The notes beneath the pieces were generated by a model. It had not been told where the DNA came from and did no database searches. It saw nothing but the letters and a program-made list of their open reading frames with translations. 64,000 nucleotides of DNA from Vitrella brassicaformis CCMP3155. Lineage: Eukaryota; Protista; Chromerida. Of the stretch, positions 1 through 13,539 are shown in pieces; the stretch's first letter is position 1, and each line of letters starts with the position of its first letter. The position numbers and the translations under genes were made by a program. The stretch is from assembly GCA_001179505.1 (NCBI GenBank), contig CDMY01000571.1:62001-126000 (forward strand), given 5' to 3'.

Positions 1-767
1 TCTACACCTATCTGGTGAAGAAACGCCTGTGGCCTGATTGTTGGGACTATCTCTGGTTTGTGCGGCATCTGAAGGTGGTTATTCTGACGTGCGGCGCGAT
101 GGATTTTTTCTCTGACTGGCTGGTGGCCTTCGATCTCATGTTCGTCCCCCAGGAAGACCCAGAGTGGCGGTCGTCTTTCGCAGTGGCGCACATATGGAAG
201 CCGCGGCCCACTTTTGCTGTGGGATTGAGCATCATGGTCTTGTCGATCTGCGATCTCATCTTCATCAACATACACGACAGTGTCGGGGAGCTCTCTCTGA
301 GGCAGCGGGTCTTCGTCCTGGCGATCACGGCTGGGGAGGCAGTCATCTTCGTCTTGACGGTCATCTTTGCCCAAGACAAGAGCATGTGGGTCTATGTCGT
401 CTCTGCCCTCATAACCCTCGCGACGGTGCTGATTCGGATCGTCAATTTCACTATCGACTTCCCTCGGCTGACGCAGAAAGGTAAACCATCAGTCGGCAAG
501 AGGGAGGGGGTGACTCGCATCATCTGTTCTTGGCGTGCATGTCTTCCAGGCCGAAGCAGCCCGCGTGGCGCGCCATCACCTCGTTGCGCATTCTCGTGGC
601 CAAGGCTGGTGCGCAGGCAGCCGAAGCGCCATCCGTCCCTTGCCACCATGCCCACCACGTCGACGCGGTGCTCAGAAACCGATCTCTCAGCAGGCGACAG
701 AGAGAAGGGGGCCGAGGGGAGACGTCAGGATGGTCATGATGGGGAAGCGGGTGGGGGCATTGGTTAG
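1..767 (+). CDS. 5'-truncated multi-pass membrane protein of unknown function
   Basis: Frame is open from the window edge. Several hydrophobic helices (e.g. VFVLAITAGEAVIFVLTVIFA, MWVYVVSALITLATVLIRIV). Probable in-frame 69-nt GT-AG intron at 481-549. Confidence 0.55.
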   Translation, partial: YTYLVKKRLWPDCWDYLWFVRHLKVVILTCGAMDFFSDWLVAFDLMFVPQEDPEWRSSFAVAHIWKPRPTFAVGLSIMVLSICDLIFINIHDSVGELSLRQRVFVLAITAGEAVIFVLTVIFAQDKSMWVYVVSALITLATVLIRIVNFTIDFPRLTQKGKPSVGKREGVTRIICSWRACLPGRSSPRGAPSPRCAFSWPRLVRRQPKRHPSLATMPTTSTRCSETDLSAGDREKGAEGRRQDGHDGEAGGGIG

Positions 768-1327
768 GTCAGTTAGTTATCGTCCTTAGCGGCTCGGTTC
801 GTAGCGGTAGCAATCAGCTTACGTACGAATAAGCGTGGCTTGAGAGCATTTGTCTGTCTGTCTGTCTGGTCCTTTCGGCTGCATTGCATCGTCCTTTGGT
901 TGTCTTGTCGTGTGGTGAGGCAGAGGCAGAGAGGCTGCCTGGTAGCGTATGGGTGCATGTCAGTCAGTGTTGCTGGCAGTTTTGGGTGGGTTTTATGTGT
1001 CGGTAGCGTAGCTGTGTAGTCGTAGGATGCTCAGCTCATTTCGATCTGAACATGACTCGATCCAGGTGTGCATTCGGCAGCACGGTAGGGCCTAAACGAT
1101 ATGGTCTTCATGACGCGGAAGGTGTCACCCGTTTACTCAATCGTGCATCCACAAGCAATCGTCTACTTTGTCTGTCTGCATCTCGCACACACGGTAGCTA
1201 AGCGACGTCCGTTAGCAGTGAGTGAGTCAGCTCCCATATGCACATCCACACATAAGTAAGGCACCATGCGCCATCTCTTGTCTCTCGCTCTTTCTGCCCT
1301 TGTCTATCCATCCATCCATCCACCCTA

Positions 1328-4300
1328 TCATCTGGGAATCTTGCCCTCGACGGCCTTGAGTGCCTTGCCCGTCAGCCCCAGGTGCGCCTTGATGGCGCCA
1401 ATCAGGTCGCCCACAAACCCACACAAAGGCCCGTAGATCAGCGACAAGGGCGACAGCGTCTGGTAGAGGTACACCACATCGAAGGCATAGCGCTCGGGCG
1501 GCGACGGCAGGTTTGGCACTGCTGAAGGGGGCTGGGGGGACTGTGCCTGCTGCTGCTGCTGCTGCTGTGTGCCGCTGGGAGAGGGGAGGGGGGACGGCTG
1601 TTGGCCACTGAGGTGGCGATCAAAGCGCTCTGAAATGTCATGGAATGAGCGGGCGAAGATCTTCTTGGTGTGCTCCGGATCGAGCACCTTGACCAACACC
1701 TGCACCGTCCATCCACCCACCCATCCACAGGTGTGTCAACTTGTCTGTCTCTGTGTCTGTCCCACCTTGTAGAGCGCATTGACGTCCTTTGCGAAGGCCG
1801 CGACGGCCTCGTGTGGCGGCATCACCTTGCCCTCATCGGACGCGGTGATGTCGCCCGGCTCCCCTCCCTCTCCCTCCCGATCAGCCTCACTCTCGCTCTC
1901 TTCGTCGTCGTCTTCGCTCTCATCCCGATCGCTGTCCCGCGCGTGCGGCCATGAGAACCACTTCTGGGCATGGAAAGTGTACCTCTCAGTGAGGATGTCG
2001 CCCAGCTTCTGGAAGACCTTGGAGCGGTGCTCCAGGAACTCGCCATTGATCTGGTGCAGCTCGCTCAGCAAAGACGGGCCGGCCTCCTGCATCGCCGATG
2101 TGGTCGTGCTGGTGCTGGCGACGGTCTTGGTGAGCCGCTCGTGGAGCCTCGGGAGCACTGCGGCGATGCAGCCGAGCGTCTGTGCGGTGAGAGCCAGGTT
2201 GAGGGCTGTGATCTTCTTGAGTGACTTCTTGGTGGTGGCCGCCTGGCCGCCCAGCACCAGGGCGAGCGTCTGGCGGTTGAAGAGCTTGACCGTGTGGCAC
2301 AGCCGCTGCACCACCTCTAGCCCGACCACCGGCAGCCTCTCACACACATCCACATACTCGTGACACACCTGCAGCAGCACCAGGCACGACGCCACAACAG
2401 GGTAGGAGGCCCCGTCGATGACCAGCGACTTTGCCGACGTCTGGGCCGGTGTCCCATTGGCTGCCACAGAGCCGTTCTCCATCGCGGCATCGTCAGCAGG
2501 CACCAGCCGCCTCACGACGCTCTTGACGAAGTCGTCCTGGACGTCCGCGCGCTCCCACCGCTCGTTTTCGAGGATGACGTTAACCTGGGCCACCTTGCTC
2601 TGGTGGAACTCCTCAATGATGCCCTTTGCCTGCTGGTACAGAATCGCCCGCACAGTGCCGCCCATCGCCCCCGCAAGAGCCGGCTGCAGCCCACCACCCT
2701 CCTGGCTGCCCACTGCCTGCGCCACTCGCTCGCGCGTCTCGTCGTGTAGGCGTGTCGCCGTGTCTAGCGCGCCGATGGCCGTGACGTATATCGGCTGAAA
2801 GAGGGCGGGCGAGAGGGCATAGTGAAGGTCGCTTCTGCTCTGCAGCAGCACGCCACTCTTGGCCAAGAGGGTCGACAGGGTGACCTCGGCCAGACGGACC
2901 AGATCGGCAGCGACCGTCACGAGCTGCTCTCTCGTGTGCACTGGGGTGGAGGGGGCTCCCCCCTCGCCCTCTTGCTGCTGCTGCTGCTGCTGCTGCTGTT
3001 GGGGCGATTGCCCGTCAGCTGCCGCTTGAGCGAGCTGGCGGTTGATGGCGTGAAGGATGAGCAGGGAGAGGACCTGCACGCGCCGGCCGACGGTGAGGCA
3101 GAAGCCGAGTATGGCCCGCCAGAAGACGCAGAAGACGTCGTGAGAGAGCTGCTCCACCTGGTCACCCAGCAACACCCGATCCTTCCCACCTGTGTGCCAC
3201 ACAGGCCAGGCTATGAGTGCTCTCGTTGTATCGCTTCGCATGGGTGTGGACGTGATGTACCTGATGCTTCGCTCTCCTCATCAGGTTCATTCTCGTCTCC
3301 GTCCGTCTGTGCGGCGATGGCCTCGTCGGCCCTCTTCCTGCTCTCCCCGGCCGCCAGCACGGCCTCGGCAGACGCCACCACACGCAGCGCCTTCTTGGTC
3401 TGCTTCAACAGCACGTCGCGCAGCGAATGCACGGCTTGCTGCAGCAGCTGCCGTCTCAGCAACGTCCCAACCAAGGTGTCGATCTTGGCGTGCTGGTGGC
3501 TGACGGTGTCTGTCAGGGTGTCCGCGGGAGATGCGGACTGCCAGCCATAGGCCCATCTGGGGGTGCCTTCTGACGGCAGGGGGGAGGGGCTGAGGAGAAT
3601 CTCGATGGCCGACGTGACGAAATCTGCCTCGAGCATTCTGTCGATTGACGAGAGGAGGTCTGAGAGCTGGGCGGAGACGTGTTTGGTGGCGTGGACCCGG
3701 GAGAGCTGCGTGGTCAGGACCTTCTGGGTGGACTCGATCAGGTCAACTGAATCAAGGGAGCCAGCCGTATACATCTCCCTCTGTGCGTGGCTGTGCATCC
3801 GATGTGTGCCTTCACCTGCTGTTGAGAAGTCTTGGACCGACAGGAGCATCTGTAGGGAAGGGTGTGTCTGCCTGATGGAGCTGAGCAGCTCCATTAACCG
3901 CACCAGCTCAAGCAGCCGGCCCTTCTTCTCCGTCAGACGCAACACCTACACATAACCACACAACCACATTCATTCAGACACCCATCCACTCTGTTTGTTG
4001 TGACTTCTTTGCCCACCTCGAGGCCAGGTGCAACATCCCTCTCCCTCAGTGACGCCAAATCGCCCCTCAGCGAGCGCAGAGAGTCAACCGCTGACCTGAA
4101 GCCCAGACAGACAGCCGGACCCATTCATCGGTGTGTGTGTGGCACGTGTGGGTGCGGTGAGCGTATCGGTACCTGAGGTCCTCCTGGACGCTCTCCAGAT
4201 TGTTGAGTGCCGAGAAGAACGACTGGAACCGCGACCTTATCTGGTCGAACAGACTCACCTCGACAACATCCAGATAATTCGACAGCTTCTCCTACACAGA

Positions 4301-4876
4301 CACACGAAGGAAAAGGCGTCAGGATGCCGGCCGTCCGATCTGTCATGATTGCATCGGTGCCGTCCCCACCCACCCCACCTGCATGGCCATGCTCGTGTGC
4401 AGGGACTGTCTGAAAATCTGGTGCTTGGCCAGCTGGAAGTCGCTCTGGAAGTACATCTGCGGGACGATCCGAAAGCACCGCGAGAAGTCCTGCACGCGAT
4501 GCAGGCTCCCCCTATCACCGCCCGCCGCATCACTCCCCCGCCGCCTCTCCCCCCTGTGAGCATGCTCCCGCAGCTGCTGCCGTATGCCGTCCAAATACGG
4601 CCGGAAATCCTCCGCTTTGACTTCAGGGATCGGACTCAATGGCGGCGGGGGAGCCTCCCTCTCTCCCCTGATGGTCAACGCTTCCACCACCTCTGACCAC
4701 AGGGATTCGCTCTCGGGGTTGTTGAGCACCGACGAGAGGCTCTGCGTGGTCCGCAGCTCCCGATAGACGTCGGAATAGTCATTTGGTGGGCGCGCAGATG
4801 CTGCTGATGCTGCTGCGGATGAACCAGCTCGTCTTGGCGAGCGAGGGGAAGAGGGAGAGGGGCCGTCTGCCGCCAT
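1328..4876 (-). CDS. VPS54: GARP complex subunit Vps54-like, multi-exon
   Basis: Exons encode FRIVPQMYFQSDFQL, VSLFDQIRSRFQSFFSAL and LENERWERAD. C-terminal KLFNRQTLALVLGGQA...KKITALNLALTAQTL matches the Vps54 signature. ATG 4874-4876, stop 1328-1330. Confidence 0.9.
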
Positions 4877-5589
4877 TGGCTGCGAGTGTTGCCTTCTCGT
4901 CTCGGGAGCTGCTCGGGTACCCTCCATGCGAGACGCCGGGGCAATGGCTGCGCGGCGAAGGCTTGCTCAAACGAGTGTGTGACGCCCGACGAAGATGACG
5001 GTGTCTATCGTTACGCTCACGTACACAAATGGGAGAACGCACATGCCAGCTTAGCTCGCGAGCAGAGGCCAGGGTAAGACGATGACCGCGGCGGCAGTCA
5101 GAAGCAGAAAATCTTTGGAATGCTTCGAAATGCTCTTGTGTGACCGCAGATCTTGCAGCGCACCACGTTGATGGCGTGTTGAATCATGATAGAGGGCCTG
5201 CTTGTCATCGGTGATGGACCTGCCGCGAAAACAGACAGACGACGGCGTCGATATGATGTCATTGATTGAGTTCTGTATCCAGTTCTGCTTGTATTCACCC
5301 AAGTGGCGGCCATGGCTGATCATGGCGCTGCAGCTTCTGCGGGTGACGGCCGTCAGGTGAGGCTGCAGGACGGCGGGATGTCGGCTCATCGTCCACCATT
5401 TGTACGTGTATCGTTGCAGACCAGACGCCTCGGTCATCGTCAGCACCTGCCGCCGGTGGTGAAGAGTGGCGACGCGCAGAGCGGGAGAGGGACCTGAGGA
5501 GAAAGTCTCAGACATGGTGAGTGAGGGAAACGCGCAGACAGAACCGTGTAATGCTTCACTGACTGTCGCTCGCTGTCTTGTTTGCCCTG

Positions 5590-6470
5590 CAGCCTGGTCT
5601 TCGCACATGTATCACAGCCTTCCTGCCCCTCTGTCCACCTCGCCGTCGGCAGCAGAGGCAGAGAGGATCGGTCGTTTTGGCAGCGTGTCCAGCTCGATCT
5701 CGTCACCGAATTGGCCAAGAGGCTCACATAGCTGACGGCAATCACACTCTGCTATCCCGTGGGCGTCTCCCTCTGGCGCATTGATCTGTTCATCACCGTG
5801 GTTGAGGGCCAGGGGGGCGACCGACATGGATGGGAGCACGCTGAGGACAGTCAGATTCAAGGCGGCTCAGCTCAGCTGCCGTCGATCTCTCACGCGAATG
5901 GACTTCAGCCACTGAGCGCACTTCGACATCAGTGTACTCGCCTTCGTGCAGTCGCTCGAGTGGCTGACCGGCACTTGCTCCCGACCCGACGCCAAGCCAT
6001 CCCTCCCGGGCTGGCCTTCGACCTATCTCTCTTCTGCAGTGGCGATTTCCCTTCCCAGCCCTCGCCCCTCTTCAAGCAGACCATGCAGCAGCTGGCGCGG
6101 CAGGCCACCTTTGTGGCTTACTGACTGACGCCACACGACCTCAAGCCATCCAGCGATGCGGCCATCGAGCTCGCGTCGAGCATCTCCTTTGATCGCTTTG
6201 CGGACGACCTTCTGATGGCCACATGCGTCGAACCCGCCGCTCCCCTCCGGCATCCCCACATCCCCCTCCTACCCCACCATCGTCAAGCATCTGCGTCCAT
6301 TCCCAAAGACGACCGAGATCCGAATCGCTGTTGATGCGATGGGGGCGTTGGCGGGGGTGGAGAGGGTAAGGGAGTCCGACGTGCGAGAGGTGGAGATCAG
6401 GATAGGCGGCCTGATGGGCGCGGCGGAGGTCATAGCAGCTGCTGCCAAGCTCACCAACTGCCGACGATAA
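5590..6470 (+). pseudogene. Degraded member of a lineage-specific protein family
   Basis: Protein-like segments (FWQRVQLDLVTELAKRLT*LTAITLCYP..WRIDLFITVVEG; MDGSTLRTVRF; YPTIVKHLRPFPKTTEIRI) lie in different frames with in-frame stops. Preceded by a TGCAG acceptor. Confidence 0.5.
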
Positions 6471-7250
6471 GCCAGCTGCGCTTCTTCATTGAAGAGGGTG
6501 GGTGAACAATACACAGACTACACATCCATCCGCCAGTTCATTTCTTCTCTCTCTGTCTGTCTGTCTGTCTGTCTGTCTGTCCGCCTGTGTGCGTGCTGTT
6601 CATCCGTCGGTCAGTGTCAGAGGATATGCGGCGATGACATGGGTGCCATCTTCTCAACCGTATTTCTCTCGGCCCTTCCATAACATCCCAGGGCTGCAGC
6701 GTCCCAGCTGTCGCCGCCATCCGTGCCGCCTTCCCCGACAGCACGACGGTCGGACACTTCTGCGTGGGCATAGAGACGCATGCCGCTTGGTGAGCTTGCT
6801 GGTGTCACAGTGGGCCGACCTGGACACAGTGTCTGTCTGTCTGTCTGTCGTTTATGGGAGGAAGGAGGCCATAGCTGCGGTCGGTCGCTGTGTAGATATC
6901 TGAGCGGCTGCCGACGGACGTACGGCGAGTAGTGTCTGCTGTGGCTTAGCCTGCCTGTGCTGTTGGGTGGGTAAACCCAGTAGATTGATGCGTCTTTCAG
7001 TGACACACCCGTCAACCAAACATTCAGGTCTGCGCACACAGATAAATTTCATCGCCACGCACGAATGAGGCAAATGTCAACACGCACACTCACACACACA
7101 TCATATCAAGCAGTCGACCCGATGACAAAATAGATGGATGATGCACTCTCTCCGATCCCATCTCTCTCTGTCAGAAGCACACGGCAGCACTCGGCAGCTG
7201 AATAGCCCCCAACCCACACACACACACACCGCCCTCCCTCCCTCTCCCTC

Positions 7251-8976
7251 TCAGTTGATGCCGAGTGTCACCCACTGCCCCCGCTCGTCGATGCGGCGCA
7301 GCTGCTGCCACCCACCAAACTCACAGTCGTCATTGCCCAAATGGTCGTTGAAGCCCTTGTTGATGGCCCCCTCCTCTATGCCGTGTCGGGCCGCCTCGTC
7401 CAGCCGGGCCCTCTGCACCACCTCACGCACACCCACACGGCCCCGTGTGTGGACCACCTGGTGTGGGCGGCTGTCGGCCAAAATGGCGAAGCACTGCAGC
7501 GGCACCCGCACCGTCACGCCACCCACATTGGCCGTCCCGCCCACCACCTCCCTGTTGCTGCTGGCATACAAGGCCGACTGGATGAAGTGGTGGACGGCCG
7601 CACACACACGGCGGGCAATGTCGCTGTTGCGGATGGTCAGTGTGCTTGTGATGGTCTGTTTGGCGGCCTGCATGTCGAAGCACATGGCGGCGATGCGCCA
7701 GCCGATGGCCTCTGCCTCGTGTGGGCCGTATCCAGCGGGGGCGGGGGGCGGACTGGCCGCAGGTGTGCCAGGGGGCTGCAGCAGATGGGGTAGGAGGGTG
7801 GGGAGGGACCTCATAAGGAAGGCCGCCAGCGACCTCTGGGGGGCGAGTGCCGCATTGACGGCCGCCATCGCCCCCGTGTGGATGTCGTTGAGGACTGTCC
7901 TGCATTGGGTCAAGACCAGCTGGCGACGACGGCGCCGCTCTGGGGTGTCTGTGGGCATGCGGCCGATGTCCGCCCCGTTTCGCAGCAAGCTGCGGATGGT
8001 GGCCTCGCGGAGCGGAGTCTGACTGGCGGCTCGGTCCCTGCCGAACTGCGGCCTGTTGACGTCCTGCGAGGCGTCAATTCCTGTTTCGAGCTCTATGGCG
8101 GCCGAGTACAGCGGGGATCTCCTTCCTCTGTTGATGTCCCCTTCTGGCACGTGGCGGCCCAGGTAGTCGACCACACAGGGAGAGCTCCACTGTGCCGCCA
8201 CGTGCAGCGGCGTCAAATTCAACGCCAGTGCATTAAGGTCGGCCCCGTTAGCCACCAGCAGGTCCATGTAGGCATCGATGAAGGCCTGGGAATAGTGCGC
8301 TCGCTCGCTGCGGGCCGCCAAGTGGACCGGAGTGTTACCGTTCTCGTCTGGTTGCGTGGCGAGTGTGGCGTCATGATCGATGAGCCGCCGGTACATCGAT
8401 CGACAGCAGCCGCTGCTCGTAGCCGGGGGACACCTGATAGACGATTCTGCCGGTGACGGACCTGGGCAGCTCCATGCCAAGCCCATGATCATCATGCACC
8501 GCAGCGCTGGGCGCCAACAAGACGGTCACAGCGCTCTCATTGCCCCCACAGATGGCCATCCTGATGGGCCGGTCGTCCGTAGAGGTCGGCTCGTTGACGT
8601 GGGCGCCGCCGTCGATGAGGGCATTCAAGATGTCCGCCTCAAGCTCAGGAGACGACCAGTGAGGCAAGAAGAGAGGCCGCCGACTGTAGAGGCTGGCCTG
8701 TGTGGTTTGCAGGGTGCCGTCACTGAGGTTGTCAATGGCAAGCGATAGCAGTCGATACGGCCGCCCATGGCCGCCGCTGCCTCGCACCCGCAGCCGGGCC
8801 GCACTGTTCGGGTCAGCACCATCCTGTATGAGGTCCGTCACCTGCTGCGGATCAGTGAAGGTCCGACGGACGATGCCGTCAGCCAGCCGTCTGGTCGCAT
8901 CGTTGGTGTGCCCGATTTCGATGTCCTCGAGCTGTAGCCATTCTTCGGGCTGCTGTGGTGGCGCACTGGAGGTCAT
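7251..8976 (-). pseudogene. Ankyrin-repeat protein (copy 1), frameshifted
   Basis: Ankyrin motifs GNTPVHLAA, LTPLHVAA, LLVANGADLN. ORFs 8371-8988 and 7251-8495 together align with the intact paralog at 45201-46967. A 4-nt duplication (ATCGATCG, 8395-8402) breaks the frame. Confidence 0.85.
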
Positions 8977-9368
8977 CGGTCGCCTCACGCCATCATTTTA
9001 AGCTGCATGCATCGTCACGCACAAACAGCAGAAAATCACACACGGGATTCCTCCCTCTCTCTCTCTTTCCATCCATTCGCACCTTAACGAGTGTGTGATG
9101 CGTCGAGTCCTCCTTGCCGTCAGTCACCGACATCAGCGCACATCAGCGAAGAAGGAAGCACCATCGACAGACGCATTGGCGTCCTGCAAAACACATACAA
9201 CACAACACAGTGCATCAATGCTCTGGGCTTCCCTCTCGCACCTCAATTGGACTAAAAAGACACCCGCATTCCCTGCTGCCACGCTGCTGGGGTTCAGGGT
9301 TTAGGGCTCGAACCCTGCGTCCAGGCACCCTAATTGCAACAGCCCGAGGAAGGGGATCTTCCCAGCGG

Positions 9369-10997
9369 ATGGCGTGGTTTCGTAGCCCGTTGGCGCTCCT
9401 CTGTGACTTCCTGTTCATTGCCTGCTCCTTCTTGCTGCTGTTTCCACTCGACAAAAACATCACGCTCACGTCCTTCCGCCAGATCCCTCCCGGCAATGAG
9501 ACCACACGCATTGCTGACAGCAACTGCACTCGGTACAATGCCAGATTCCCTTCAAAAGGAGAGGTACGACAAGCAATCGACACATTCATGAATGGGCTTG
9601 TCTGTCTGTTGGAATAAGTGGATGGTTGGCTGCAGGTGCTGCATGCCTGGGTGTATGTGCCGGACGGCCGGGGCGAGGCCGGACTGCCGGTCATACTCAC
9701 TGCCACCGGCCTGGGCTCACAAAAGGTGACTCCAGATTGTTTGTGGTGCACGCACACACACGACGTACACATCTGTTCTGTGTCTGTCTGTGTGTGCAGG
9801 ATTTGGGTTTAGAGCCACTGGCAGAGGCCCTGTGCGGCGGCGGCCTCGTGGCATTCGTCTTCGACTATCGCTACTTCGGCGGATCGGTACGCTGGGAAAT
9901 CGCGCAAAGACCCCGAGCAGGGCGCCTCACCTGTGTCTGCGCTTATGTGTGTGTGATTGCAGACTGGCTCGCCGCGGCACGTGACTCTTCCGTGGCTGCA
10001 AATAGAGGACTGGATATCCACTCTCACCTACGTGACATCAGTGGACCCCTCAAAGCATCCTCAGGAGAACTCCTGGCAGGCGGCCATCGACCCTTCGCGT
10101 GTGGTGCTGTTCGGCAGCAGCTACGGGGGGGCGCATGTGCTTTCGGTCGGGGGGAAGGTCAACGGCACGGTGGCGGGCAAGGCCGTCAAGGGAATCCTCG
10201 CTCAGGTGTGCTGTGCTTGTGTGTAATGGATGCACGGCTGTCACGCATCTGTGTGGATCGGTGTGTGTCTACACAGGTGCCTTTGCTGGACGGTCGAGTG
10301 AGTTCTCGGCGGGCGCTGAAGAACCGCAGTGCACTCACGAGTGTGCGCATGTTGTGGGCGTTGCTGGCGGACCTGGCGAGGTGAGCAAGCCCCTTGCACA
10401 GACACTGCAGTGCGTCGCACAAACAAATCAATAATACGTTTGTTCAGGTGGCTGGTGGGGATGAATCCTGCGAGCATCCCGGTGGCCGCAAAGGTGTCTG
10501 AGGGGGGCATGGCCGCAATGGCACTCAGCGACGAGGTACGGCCGCATAGCATACACGACCACACGCCCTGTCTGTCTCAATTTGTGACTGTGTCTGTTTG
10601 TCAATCAATCAGGATTACGCCTTGTGGCGTGGAAAGATTCCCACTCGGCCGCTGGGCGGCTGGCAGAACGAACTGCCGGCCAGAGTGCTCATCGGACCCA
10701 TGGCGTACCGACCCATTCGTAAGTGAACCGCTATACACACACATGGATGGATGGATGGATGTGTGTGCGTCTGCTTGCGATTGATCAGAGCATCTGGGTG
10801 AGAATCCCTACCCCACTCTGATCGTATCGGCGACGCAGGACTTCATGCACGATGCGTCGCTGCCGAGGGAGGCCGTCAAGCTGCTGCCGCAGGGGGTGTT
10901 GCACGAGGAGGACTGCACACACTTCGACGTGTACACGGATGCAGTCAGACAGAGAGTGATACAGCGAATGATGGCTTTTGTGGCGGAACACACTTGA
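9369..10997 (+). CDS. Alpha/beta-fold hydrolase with N-terminal hydrophobic segment, multi-exon
   Basis: Spliced exons give FDYRYFGGS, nucleophile elbow GSSYGG, TLIVSATQD and C-terminal HFDVY, consistent with a Ser-Asp-His triad. Stop 10995-10997. Confidence 0.85.
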
Positions 10998-11276
10998 TCG
11001 ACTGAGTCGTCTGCTGTAGCAGTTTTTGTGTAGTGGGGCTGCTCGACGCTTGTGCCGGTTTTTGCTTGTCTGCCTAGGTTGGGTGACCTTCGGGTTGTTT
11101 AGTGAATAGCTTCATTGTCACCTGCTGGGTGCGCTGTGCGGCGTGACATTTGACGATAAGCCGTAGGCTGTTAAAAATCCATAAAATGTCAACACAGACT
11201 CGACATGCATAGCTTCTTATTGGTCCAAAGCTCTTGTCAAAGTGCAAGCAACATGCAAACGAAGAGACATAGCTCA

Positions 11277-13230
11277 TTACTGACTTTTCAGCCCGTTGAC
11301 GACAAGGCAGACCGATATGTACTGAAACTGCCACTCGGCCTCTTGGTTGCCTCCCCACATTTGATACGGTGCTCTGATAAACGCAGAGTGCCCAGGCCTT
11401 CACACCGGAAAAACGTAACTCACGTGTGTTTTGTCAACTCGACACAGCAAAGCGTCCGAATCGCTTTCATCGCCCTCAGCATATTGCTATCGCACAGAGC
11501 AGGAAAAGAAAAGCGTGTATGTTGCTCTGCCTAGTTAGCCAAAGACATACCCGAATTATCTGCGCATCGGCTAGGAAGTTTCTCCAATTCCCGATGGCTT
11601 GATCTCTCTTCTTCGAGATGACGTTCTTCTTTCTCTGGGCCTTCTCCTCTTCGCTTTCCTCTCGACCTTCTTCCTCCATCTTCCACAGCCTTCTTCTTTC
11701 ATAGTAGTCATAGCCGCCGCTGTCAAAGCGCTCCTCGACTTCTGAACGAAAGTTATCTTCCCAATACTTGCGCAGGACGGCATCTTTCTCCTCGTCGCTA
11801 ATGTCCGCTGTCCCTGTCCGCAGGACGTCCGCACCCGCCTCGCCGATCAACGAATATGACGCCGGGTCATCAAACCACTTGTACTCGTTCAGCATCTCGA
11901 AGCTCACATTGAAGTCCCGCGCTAGCAGTTGGTACAAGGCTGCGTCGGTGCCCTTGAGAAAGTCAGGGCCCACCGACGATGGGGTGTAGTCATGCTCAAG
12001 CCGGAAGACAAAGCGGCTGGCCCTTTTCTTCTAGAAAACCCAAACACATGGAAGCAATCCTCACTTCGTCCATCATCTCCTTAGACCGCCCGTGGACATT
12101 GTCTTACGTCTTTCGTCGGTTTGAAGTGTTCCCTCAGCATGTCGACTAAGTCTTGCAATGAAGTGGGCAGCGGCCCGAGCCTCTCCCTCTCCTGATCTGC
12201 AATTCTCTCCCGCCGCAGATTGTACGACAGAACGAGCCGATGGCCCGACTCAACGGGCATCACACGATGAGGGATGTCTGCTAAGAACGTTAGCCATCGA
12301 CATTGGCCGCTTTCGAGTGCAACTCGCGTCTCGTTGTTGAATCTCTCGCCATCGAAGGCATCCCCGTCGTGGAGCAGAAAGTCGCCCCCGCTGTAATCCG
12401 TTGGGAGAAAGACCAGCAGAGACCCGAACATCTCTTTGTTCCGCTGTGTGTCCTTGTGAATGCGAAAATGGTCGCCCTCAGCATAGATAAGCGCCTTGTA
12501 GAAGTCTGCGCTCACTCGGTAGCCCGGCGTCATCTCGTGCTCAACCACACGACAGATTCCATCAATGACATTCTCCCATCGGCCACCCTGACTTCTCACA
12601 GACACTTGGTCAGCATGCACTTCGCGACTGTTTCGGACGTCGGGATCAACCACCGTCTTGTCTTTCACGCCAAAGGGCGACTGGCTGGCATGCTTCTCGT
12701 ACACATCCTGCAGGTCGGCGGGCGAGAAGGGAGCACCTGGCAGCTGGAAGTTGGGCTGAAGAGACCACTGAGCAGACGTGTTGTCGCGAGAGATGATCGA
12801 GGGGACCAGATCACTTGTACCTAAACACACACACACACACACAGACGACACAACACATCCATCCATCCATCCATCCATTTATCTGTCTGTGTGTGTGTAG
12901 GTGACCCGAAACGAAGGGCCTCGGCGTTTCGTGCTTCTTGAGATAGCCCAGGGCGGCATCCACCACTCCACCGGCCCTCTCATGGCTCACTTGCATCGAC
13001 ACAGACACGCCGGAATGTCGCCGCTTGTCAGCCAAACGGATGAATCGATGCGGTTGATGAGAAGCTGGCTGTAAGGGGACGAAGCCGCTCTGCTTGGTGA
13101 GTGCTCCCTCAGTGGATGGCAGGCTCGTCGCAGACAGAACAAGCCGCAGGGCGACAGACAGGACCACAGGAAGGACGCAGACGAGAGAGATCCGGCCACA
13201 ATCTCCTCGGGCCATCGCTGGGCTACGCAT
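11277..13230 (-). CDS. 2-oxoglutarate/Fe(II)-dependent oxygenase (2OG-FeII_Oxy_3-like) with putative signal peptide
   Basis: SPFG..T..D..VR motif; FYKALIYAEGDHFRIHKDT (HxD); PHRVMPVESGHRLVLSYNL (distal H and R). Later exons LEHDY, LKGTDAALY, GNQEAEWQFQY. Hydrophobic N-terminus LVCVLPVVLSVALRLVLSA. Confidence 0.85.
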
Positions 13231-13539
13231 AGTGCAACGCAAGACCGTCTGAGATGGTTGAAAAAAGTGCGAGCCTGAAATCGCGAGCCCTAGATCGCGC
13301 AATTGAGATCGCGAGCTTAGATTGCATGCCAGTCTCGTCTTCCAGCCCCCGGAAGAGAGGCGGGGAACGAGGGTTCAGTCAGATCCACCGCTATCCTTCT
13401 TTGTGAGATCAAAAGACTCATGTCCCACTGGCTCATGTTTGAGACTGACTGTCACACTGTCGTACCATGAGTGCCTGGTAAGAGACGGTAAGTGCAGAGG
13501 AAGGGGCACTCTCTGTGTGTGTACTCTTGTCTTCAGGGA

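Noticed and set aside
2970-3000. (CTG)n/(CAG)n runs and VCVCVC/THTHTH/SLSLSL peptides in many small ORFs
   Set aside because: Ordinary poly-Gln/Ala tracts or intronic microsatellites translated by chance.
7138-8456. Plus-strand ORFs opposite the ankyrin genes (also 45291-46493)
   Set aside because: Antisense shadows of GC-rich coding sequence with no recognisable motifs.
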